Shown: positions 57,218-64,000 of the stretch, one piece after another | Position numbering within the stretch: position 1 is the first letter of the stretch | Layout: each line of letters opens with the position of its first letter | DNA from: Spirochaetia bacterium | GTDB taxonomy: Bacteria; Spirochaetota; Spirochaetia; SZUA-6; Bin103 | Assembly: GCA_965203055.1 (NCBI GenBank) | Contig: OZ241863.1 | Coordinates: 2,624,001 to 2,688,000, forward strand | Length of the DNA: 64,000 nt | Direction of reading: 5' to 3' | The notes under the pieces: generated by a model | What the model was told of the DNA's origin: nothing | Databases searched by the model: none | What the model saw: the letters and a program-made list of their open reading frames with translations, nothing else | Translations under genes and position numbers: made by a program

Positions 57218-58057
57218 TCAGCCGCCGCCTTGGCCAAGGTGGCCTTGGAGGAACCGCACGCTGGCCGCGACCTGACGCTCCTCCAGGCCGTGGAGCAGGA
57301 TCGAGCCGCGGTAGCCGGACCGCCGCAGCTCGCCCAGGTAGTGTCCGAAGTCGAGCCGGCCGGTGCCGGCCGCGGCGTGGCCGGCGTCGCCGTCCTGCTC
57401 AATGTCCTTGGCGTGCGCCAGGGCGATGTCGCCGCCGAGCAGATCGATGGCCTCGGTAAGCAGCTCCTGCTGTCTGCTCAGCTCGCCGCGGTGGTAGATG
57501 TTGGCGCCGTCGAACACCACCTTCAGGCGCGGCGACCGCAGTTCGTCCAGGAGCTGCCGCGCCTTCGCGGCGGTGTGGACGACGTTGTTGACTTCCGGCT
57601 CGAACACCAGGGTGACGCCGCTCTCCTCGGCGGCCTCCAGGCAGGCGGCCATCGAGCGCAGCAAGTCGGACCAGGCGCCGGCGTCGTCGTTGGCGTCGTT
57701 CCACCGCCACATGCTGCGCGCATCGCGGCTCCCGGTACAGAGCGCCACCTTGTCGGCGCCGTGCGCCGGGGCGGCGCGAATCAGCCTGCGCAGCCGCTCC
57801 AGCGCGGCGCGGCGCCGCTCCGGTTCCGGGTCGACCAGGTTGGTGTAACCGGCCACCGAGTCCACCGTGATTCCCCGCTCCGCGGCCGCCGTGCGGATGT
57901 GTTCCACCAGCCCTTCATCCAGCATGGCCGGCACCTCCTGCATGCCAATGGCGGTGTAGTTCCACTCCGTGTTCTTCAGGCCGTGAGCCCGGATCGCGTC
58001 GAACACCGCTTCGACGGTCGGGCGCACGAACGTGTACGCGAAGATGCCGAGCCGCAT
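57218..58057 (-). CDS. Sugar phosphate isomerase/epimerase (xylose-isomerase-like TIM barrel)
   Basis: FEPE, FDGAN, AHAKD, AGTGRLDF, GYRG. Confidence 0.88.
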   Translation of the reverse strand: MRLGIFAYTFVRPTVEAVFDAIRAHGLKNTEWNYTAIGMQEVPAMLDEGLVEHIRTAAAERGITVDSVAGYTNLVDPEPERRRAALERLRRLIRAAPAHGADKVALCTGSRDARSMWRWNDANDDAGAWSDLLRSMAACLEAAEESGVTLVFEPEVNNVVHTAAKARQLLDELRSPRLKVVFDGANIYHRGELSRQQELLTEAIDLLGGDIALAHAKDIEQDGDAGHAAAGTGRLDFGHYLGELRRSGYRGSILLHGLEERQVAASVRFLQGHLGQGGG

Positions 58058-58062
58058 GTTCC

Positions 58063-59118
58063 TCACAAGGCTCCGGGGTCGATCGGCAGCCAGCGCCGTT
58101 CCGCCGCCGCCTGCGAGATCACTTCCATCACGTAGCTGCGGTAGGCGGCCTCCCGGACGGTTACCAGGTGGCTCCGCTCGCCGCCGCCGACGGCGTCGAT
58201 GAACTGCTCCAGCGGCTGCGGCAGGCGCGCCGGCAGGTCGGTCCACGGTTCCCGGCCGGTGGCTCCGTCGACGGCGGCGGACAGCAGAAACAGCTCGTTG
58301 TCCCAATCGTGGTGCCGCGCGCCGGGAGCGTTGCGCATCACCGCGTGCCCCTGGGTGCCGCTGATCAGCAATGACGCGGGCTCCGCCAGGTCCACCCAGC
58401 TCGCCGCAATGGTGGCGATGGCGCCGTTGTCGAAGCGCAGGATCGCCTCGCCGCATTCCTCACCCTGCGGATAGCGCCGCAGCGGGCGCGAGAAGGCGGC
58501 GGTCACCGCCTCCAGACGGGCCGTGCCGCCCATGAGGAACAGCAGGAGGTCCAGCTTGTGAGTGCCCAGATCGCCGAACCCGCCGAACCCGGCCTGCCGC
58601 GGGTCGGCCATCCACTGCCAATCGGAGTGGAATATGTCATCGATCGCCGCGGCGGTGCCGAACACCAGCCGCAGCCGACTGAGTTCACCGAACGCCGCCT
58701 CGGAGATCAGACGCTTGAGCAACCGGTGCGCCGGGATGGTGCGGTTGAAGTATCCGGTGTGGAAGATCACGCCGGCGGCTTCCAGCGCCTGCATCATCCG
58801 CCTGGCGTCAGCCAGTCCGATGCCCAGCGGCTTCTCGACGAAGCAGTGCTTGTTCGCGCGGGCGATCTGCCGCACCAGCGATTCGTGGCGGTTGGTCTGC
58901 GACAGCACGACCACCGCGTCCAGGTCCGGTATGCCGAGGACTTCCGCGGGGTCGGCTGCCGCGCGGCACTGCAACTTGCGGGCGTATTTCCCGGCGATGG
59001 CCGGATCGGGATCCCACACCGCGGCCACCGCGACGTCGGCGCGGGCCGCCAACACCTCGACGAACCCGGGCGTGTGAATGTGGCTCGCACCGAGCAGCGC
59101 CAACTTCCTGGTCTTCAT
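58063..59118 (-). CDS. Gfo/Idh/MocA-family oxidoreductase
   Basis: Rossmann-like start, HCFVEKPLG, GGFGDLGTH. Confidence 0.9.
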   Translation of the reverse strand: MKTRKLALLGASHIHTPGFVEVLAARADVAVAAVWDPDPAIAGKYARKLQCRAAADPAEVLGIPDLDAVVVLSQTNRHESLVRQIARANKHCFVEKPLGIGLADARRMMQALEAAGVIFHTGYFNRTIPAHRLLKRLISEAAFGELSRLRLVFGTAAAIDDIFHSDWQWMADPRQAGFGGFGDLGTHKLDLLLFLMGGTARLEAVTAAFSRPLRRYPQGEECGEAILRFDNGAIATIAASWVDLAEPASLLISGTQGHAVMRNAPGARHHDWDNELFLLSAAVDGATGREPWTDLPARLPQPLEQFIDAVGGGERSHLVTVREAAYRSYVMEVISQAAAERRWLPIDPGAL

Positions 59119-59222
59119 GCGGTTTCAGCCATTCTTGGTTGCCATGCGGCCAGTATAGCGGGATTGTCCGCGCCGCGGTACCCGCCGGCCCCGCGGGCCC
59201 GCGGCGGGGCGCGGCCGGTAGA

Positions 59223-59251
59223 TTGACCAATGGCCGCGGTCGTGGAATCAT
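59223..59251 (+). promoter_or_regulatory. Putative promoter of the family-5 SBP gene
   Basis: TTGACC-17 nt-AATCAT; SD AAGGAG downstream. Confidence 0.4.
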
Positions 59252-59292
59252 CGAGCTGTCCCATGCCATACGCAACGAAAGGAGCGAAATCG

Positions 59293-61284
59293 ATGAAATG
59301 CAAAGCCTTGCCGGGCCTGATCTCGGCGCTGGCGCTGGCGCTGCCGGCGGCCGCGTTCGCGGGCGGCGATTCGGAGCCGGCCGCGGCGGACGAGAGCGGC
59401 GCCGCGGTGATGGAAGCGAGCGGCCAATACCGCGAGTCGCCGCTGCTGGCGCAACTGGTGGCGAACGGCGAACTGCCGCCGGTGGAAGAGCGGCTGCCGG
59501 TGCGCCCGCTGGTGCTGGAGCCGCTGGCCGCGGCCGGCGAGACCATCGGCCGCTACGGCGGAACGTTGACGGTAACCGGGCTCAACCCGAACGGCGACTC
59601 GTTCGGCGCGGAATGGGGCGACGGCGGCGGGTTCCGCAGCGAAGGCCTGGCCTTCTTCGACATCGCCAGCCGCAGCTTCACCCCCGACATCGCCGAATCG
59701 TGGGAGGTGTCGGACGACTTCACCACCATGACCGTGCACCTGCGCGAGGGCGTGCGCTGGTCGGACGGCGAGTTGCTCACCACCGAGGACGTGGAGTTCT
59801 GGTGGAACGACGTGATGCTCAATGAGTCGCTGACCGCCAAGATCCCCAACTACTTCGCGCCCGACGGCAACGTCATGCAGGTCAACGTCATCGACGACTA
59901 CACGTTCAGCTTTGAGTACGCCGCGCCCTATCTGGCGATCGCCGACCAGATGGACCGCCTGACGCCGTGGAGTCCCAAGCACTACATGCAGCGCTGGCAC
60001 GCCGCCTACAACGAGGATGCCGCCAAGGAGGCGGACGCGGAAGGGTTCGCCGAGTGGTTCGAGGCGTTCCTGGCGCGGCAGGACGACAACTGGGGCACGG
60101 TCTACGCCGAGGAGCGCCCGATGTTCGGTCCGTTCGCCCCGGCCAGGCCGGACTCGGTGGGCAACCGCCTGTCGCCGCGCAACCCCTACTACTGGAAGGT
60201 GGACCCCGCCGGCCAGCAACTCCCCTACGTCGATTATTACGAGGTGATTCTGCTCGGCAGCCGTGAGATCCTGGAGGCGAAGGCGATCTCCGGCGAGTTC
60301 AACATGGGCGGCGCCTGGGCCGATCTGGCCAGCTTTCCGCTGCTGGTGGAGAACGCCGACAAGGCCGGCTATACGGTGCGCATGTACCCCGGCCTGCTGT
60401 GGGGCGGCAGCGTGAGCTGGGCCTACAACTACACCAGCAAGGACCCGGTACTGCGCGACATCTTCAACGACCTGCGCTTCCGCCGCGCCCTGTCGCACGC
60501 CATCAACCGCGAGGAGTTCGCCGAGGTGTTCAACCTGGGACTGACCGAGCCGCGCCAGGCGGCGCCGCCGGCCGACTGGAGCTTCTACGACGAATCGTTC
60601 GGGCGCAAGTATCTGGAGTACGACCTGGAGCTGGCCAACCAGCTCCTCGATGAGATGGGGCTGGAGTGGGACGCCAACCGCCGCCACCGGCTGCGCCCCG
60701 ACGGCAAGCCGCTGATCCTCAACACCGAGATCGGCCAGGAGGGGCACCGCCCCGGCGAGTGGGAATTCATCGTCCGCTACTGGTCCAAGGTGGGCGTCGA
60801 GGTGAAGTTCAAGCAGGTGGACCAGGCGCTCTACGCCCAGCACCTGCTGGCCAACGACCTCGACATCGGCACCTGGGGCGCCGGCGGGCCGCCGGAGTCG
60901 GTCAGCCACGCCATCTTTCCGATCCGCCTGGTGCCGCCGTGGCACTGGCGCACCTGCTGCGCGCTTGGCGGCATGGCGTGGCACGACTGGTGGGAGAGCC
61001 GCGGCGAGCTGGGCGAGGAGCCGCCGGCGCAGATCAAGGAGCTATTCGCCATCCTCGACCAATGGCGGGCCGCGGCGATGGGCACCGAGGAGTACCTCGA
61101 GCTCGGCAAGCAGATGGTGCGCATCAACGACGAGAACATCTGGTACAACGTGGTCACCGGTTCGCCGCCGAGCATCAGCCACGCGGTGGTGGTGAGCGCC
61201 ATCGACGAGAGCGTCATGAACGTGCGCGACCCCGACACCGACTCCGGCTGGTGGATCATCGAGATGCTGTGGATTGACCAGTAA
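59293..61284 (+). CDS. ABC solute-binding protein, family 5 (LPPVEERLP subtype)
   Basis: ESPLLA, GELPPVEERLP, IGRYGG, RNPYYWKVD, RFRRALSHAINR. Confidence 0.92.
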   Translation: MKCKALPGLISALALALPAAAFAGGDSEPAAADESGAAVMEASGQYRESPLLAQLVANGELPPVEERLPVRPLVLEPLAAAGETIGRYGGTLTVTGLNPNGDSFGAEWGDGGGFRSEGLAFFDIASRSFTPDIAESWEVSDDFTTMTVHLREGVRWSDGELLTTEDVEFWWNDVMLNESLTAKIPNYFAPDGNVMQVNVIDDYTFSFEYAAPYLAIADQMDRLTPWSPKHYMQRWHAAYNEDAAKEADAEGFAEWFEAFLARQDDNWGTVYAEERPMFGPFAPARPDSVGNRLSPRNPYYWKVDPAGQQLPYVDYYEVILLGSREILEAKAISGEFNMGGAWADLASFPLLVENADKAGYTVRMYPGLLWGGSVSWAYNYTSKDPVLRDIFNDLRFRRALSHAINREEFAEVFNLGLTEPRQAAPPADWSFYDESFGRKYLEYDLELANQLLDEMGLEWDANRRHRLRPDGKPLILNTEIGQEGHRPGEWEFIVRYWSKVGVEVKFKQVDQALYAQHLLANDLDIGTWGAGGPPESVSHAIFPIRLVPPWHWRTCCALGGMAWHDWWESRGELGEEPPAQIKELFAILDQWRAAAMGTEEYLELGKQMVRINDENIWYNVVTGSPPSISHAVVVSAIDESVMNVRDPDTDSGWWIIEMLWIDQ

Positions 61285-61310
61285 TCCGCGGCCGGCCGCG
61301 GAACCGGCGC

Positions 61311-62357
61311 TCAGGAGAACTGCGACCAGTCCCAGATCAGGAACAGCTCGTCGTACTCCCGGCGCCGGAGGGCGGCGTATACCGCCGCCGCGTCCTGCGG
61401 AGCGGCGCGGCGGATCAGGCCGTCCACCGGAATCTTGCCGGCGGCCAGCCATGCGAGGGCCTTTTCGTAGCCGGAGAACACCGTCTGCGGGGCGAGGTTG
61501 TAGTCCCGGTTGTGGCCGCCGTGCGCGAACTCCCGCCGCCGCGGCGGGAGTTCGTACTCCCAGCCGCTACGCAACGTCAGGATCTTGTAGAACACCGCCT
61601 TGAGCAGTTGGTGCGCCGCGATGTCGGTGCGGCGCACCCACGGCGTTCCCACCAGCACCAGCTCGGCGCCCATGCGCACCACCTCGCAGGCAGCGGCGAC
61701 CGCGGCTTCGTGGCCCGAACATTCCACCACCAGCGCCGCCTTGCCGGCGACCGCCGGGTCGCTGACCGGCAGCGCCGGGTAGACCCGGGCGATGCCGGAC
61801 GCCGCGGCCTGCCGCCGGCGCCGCTCCAGCGGGTCGACCGCCACCACTTCGTAGTTCGAGATGCGGAACAGGTGCGCGGCCAGGTACCCTACCGGCCCCA
61901 GTCCGGTGATCACCACCAGATCGCCCGGCCGCGCCGCGGTGGTCATCAACGTGGTCATCGACACGCCCATCAGGCGCGCCAGCAGCGCGGTCGCGGCGTC
62001 CAGGCCGCGCGGCAGCGGGAGGGTCAGGCGAGGCGCGAACCGCTGCGTGCTGCGGTTGCTGCCCTGACAGAACAGCAGGTCGCCGGGCGCGATACCTTCG
62101 ACCTCGGAGCCGGTCCGATCCACCCGCAACACCGCGGCATGCCCCGGGCGCACGGGGAAGGCGCCCGCTCCGGCGCCGGCCAGCGCGGCCAGGGCCGATC
62201 CCGGGCTGTCGATCGACGCCAGCGTGCGCCCGTGGACCTCGCCGCGGCCGAGCGGCGGGTCGGCGTAGCTGCGCAACTCGACCTGGTCCCGGCGCGGAAA
62301 CACGATTTCCCTCGGTGGTACGCGCTCCCGGCCGGCGGCTGGCAGGGATGTCGGCAT
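61311..62357 (-). CDS. Medium-chain (MDR) dehydrogenase, apparently Zn-ligand-free subgroup
   Basis: SPGS, FPVRPGH, GLGPVG, VECSG. Only the last ~348 codons of the 832-aa track ORF are credible. Confidence 0.8.
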   Translation of the reverse strand: MPTSLPAAGRERVPPREIVFPRRDQVELRSYADPPLGRGEVHGRTLASIDSPGSALAALAGAGAGAFPVRPGHAAVLRVDRTGSEVEGIAPGDLLFCQGSNRSTQRFAPRLTLPLPRGLDAATALLARLMGVSMTTLMTTAARPGDLVVITGLGPVGYLAAHLFRISNYEVVAVDPLERRRRQAAASGIARVYPALPVSDPAVAGKAALVVECSGHEAAVAAACEVVRMGAELVLVGTPWVRRTDIAAHQLLKAVFYKILTLRSGWEYELPPRRREFAHGGHNRDYNLAPQTVFSGYEKALAWLAAGKIPVDGLIRRAAPQDAAAVYAALRRREYDELFLIWDWSQFS

Positions 62358-62439
62358 GACGCCAGCGTAGCGTAGCACACGGCCGCCGGTTCTGCCGCTC
62401 CCGGCTGACGGGGCGGACCGGGCTGACTGGCGGCGTTCC

Positions 62440-62467
62440 TTGACAGGCGGTAGCAGGGTGGTAGGGT
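62440..62467 (+). promoter_or_regulatory. Putative promoter of the last SBP gene
   Basis: TTGACA-16 nt-TAGGGT with extended TG. Confidence 0.55.
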
Positions 62468-62525
62468 GACTCAAACAGCGCGAGTTTCGCGCGGTCCATC
62501 CCGATGGACCAAGGAGGTAATGAGC

Positions 62526-64000
62526 ATGAATCACTCCCTGGCAAGAGCGGCGTTCGTCGCGCTGCTCGTCATCCCGTTGGCCGCGGTTGGATTGTGGGCC
62601 GCGGGCGAAGCGGAGAGCGGTTCCGCGGCGGATATCGACACCGCGCCGGTGTACGGCGGCAACCTGAACATGGCGCAACGGCACGGCGCCTCGCCGCTCG
62701 ACCCGACCGACCTGCAGCGCGACACCGTCGCCTTCGCTGCGTTCTACGACCTCGCGTGGGTGGTAGATTACCTGAAGGGACCGCGCGGCACCGGTGAGGA
62801 GTCGTATCCCAACCACTGGTTCATCGACATCAAGAAGCAGACCAGTCAGCTCATCGAGTCGTGGGAGTTTCCGGACATCGAGAGCGCCGTGTTCCGGGTG
62901 CGCAAGGGCGTTCGCTTCTGGCGCGCCGAGGACGTGGCGCGCCCCAACCCGGCGCTGGCCGACTACTACGGCACCGAGCTCACCGCGCAGACCATGGTCG
63001 ACCGCTGGAACGTGGACGCCGCGGTCGAAGGCGCCGCCGCGGCGGACCGGGACTGGCAGTGGAGCGTGCGCGCGGATGATCCCTGGGTCATCGACGTCAA
63101 GTTCCCGGCGCCCGACGCCACCAACTGGTTCGTGGTTACGGTGAGCCGCATCTCGTGGTCGCATCCGGCAATGCACACCGCCGAGGGCGTCAATCCCAAC
63201 GACTGGCAGGACGCGCTGGGCACCGGTCCGTGGATCCCGACCGACCACGTGCCCGGCGTGACCACCAAGTTGAAGAAGAACCCCAACTACTGGGACGTGG
63301 ACCCGTTCATCCCGGAGAACGCGGTGCCCTACCTGGATACCAAGGTGATGACCCCGACCGCCGACGACCCGGCCATCACCATCGCCGCGCTGCGCAGCGG
63401 CCAGCTCGACGTGTTCGGGTTCCACGGCCTGCAGCCGGAGGACGTGGCGGCGCTGGAGCGGACCACCCCCGAGCTCGGGCACGTCCCGCAAGGGTCGCTG
63501 CTGCGCGGCTACAACGTGAACCTCAACATTCCCGGCAGCCCGTGGGCGGACCGGCGCGTGCGCTACGCCGCCATGCTGGCGGTCAATCAACAGGAGATGG
63601 TCGACTCGTTCTACTACGGGCTCGCCTATCCCGGCGGCTACCCGGCGCAGTCGCTGCACGGCGACAACTTCATCGGCTACGAGAAGTTGAAGGCCATGGG
63701 GCGCGGCGACCTCGCGGAGCTGTACGAGTACCACCCGGACAAGGCGCGGGCGCTGCTGGCCGAGGCCGGCTATCCGGACGGCTTCGACACCACCATCCTG
63801 GCGATGCACTCGGTGGCCGAGGACGTCGAGCTGTTCGCCGGCTACCTCCGGGAAGTGGGCATCAACGCCGAGCTGGACCTGATGGAGTCGGCCGCCTACT
63901 ACTCCGCCTCGCTGGGCCCGAACCCCGACCCGCGCTTCACCGGGCTGACCTTCATCGATGCCGGGGCGCCGCAGATCGGCCTGATGGGCACGATGAACTT
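62526..64000 (+). CDS. ABC solute-binding protein, family 5 (3' end outside the window; absent from the ORF track)
   Basis: SD AAGGAGG; my translation gives MNHSLARAAFVALLVIPLAAVGLWAAGEAES...PVYGG, LGTGPW, KKNPNYW, YHPDKARALLAEAGYPDGF. Confidence 0.9.
   Translation, partial: MNHSLARAAFVALLVIPLAAVGLWAAGEAESGSAADIDTAPVYGGNLNMAQRHGASPLDPTDLQRDTVAFAAFYDLAWVVDYLKGPRGTGEESYPNHWFIDIKKQTSQLIESWEFPDIESAVFRVRKGVRFWRAEDVARPNPALADYYGTELTAQTMVDRWNVDAAVEGAAAADRDWQWSVRADDPWVIDVKFPAPDATNWFVVTVSRISWSHPAMHTAEGVNPNDWQDALGTGPWIPTDHVPGVTTKLKKNPNYWDVDPFIPENAVPYLDTKVMTPTADDPAITIAALRSGQLDVFGFHGLQPEDVAALERTTPELGHVPQGSLLRGYNVNLNIPGSPWADRRVRYAAMLAVNQQEMVDSFYYGLAYPGGYPAQSLHGDNFIGYEKLKAMGRGDLAELYEYHPDKARALLAEAGYPDGFDTTILAMHSVAEDVELFAGYLREVGINAELDLMESAAYYSASLGPNPDPRFTGLTFIDAGAPQIGLMGTMN

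Noticed and set aside
61311..63809. 832-aa dehydrogenase ORF
   Set aside because: The upstream part is the antisense of the SBP gene starting at 62526.

Overview
High-GC bacterial chromosomal segment, most likely a spirochaete (Spirochaetaceae-like). This is an inference from gene order (prfB-hyp-ftsY-hyp-lolC-lolD-lolE; rplU-prp-rpmA-obg-nadD-LCP-rsfS-[..]-rplY-pth-tilS-ftsH) and from the solute-binding-protein signal peptides. About 1-39.9 kb is core housekeeping: TPR protein, clpC, lolCDE, ftsY, frameshifted prfB, RluA-type synthase, pcnB, an atypical ClpX, hrpA, aroB, LysM/M23, tRNA-Pro/Asp/Gln, SurA/PpiD-like, lepA, HtrA-like, ftsH, tilS, pth, rplY, rsfS, nadD, obgE, rpmA, prp, rplU. About 40-64 kb is an accessory catabolic region: ABC permeases and four solute-binding proteins with no ATPase in view, an enolase-superfamily enzyme, a gamma-butyrobetaine/carnitine operon, a non-canonical GH32, a heptad-repeat nuclease-fold gene and a MocA/MocC/MocD-like cluster. 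I found no CRISPR array, IS element, integrase or rRNA. Most notable: lepA has no in-frame ATG/GTG/TTG upstream of its GTPase motif (candidate SD-led ATT start); a ~54% Asp/Glu small protein sits where spoVG is expected; Prp is kept beside a short L27; several genes look leaderless; and the moc-like/GH32 cluster has altered catalytic motifs. All calls are by eye from motifs and no database search was run. Start coordinates were often adjusted from the ORF track.
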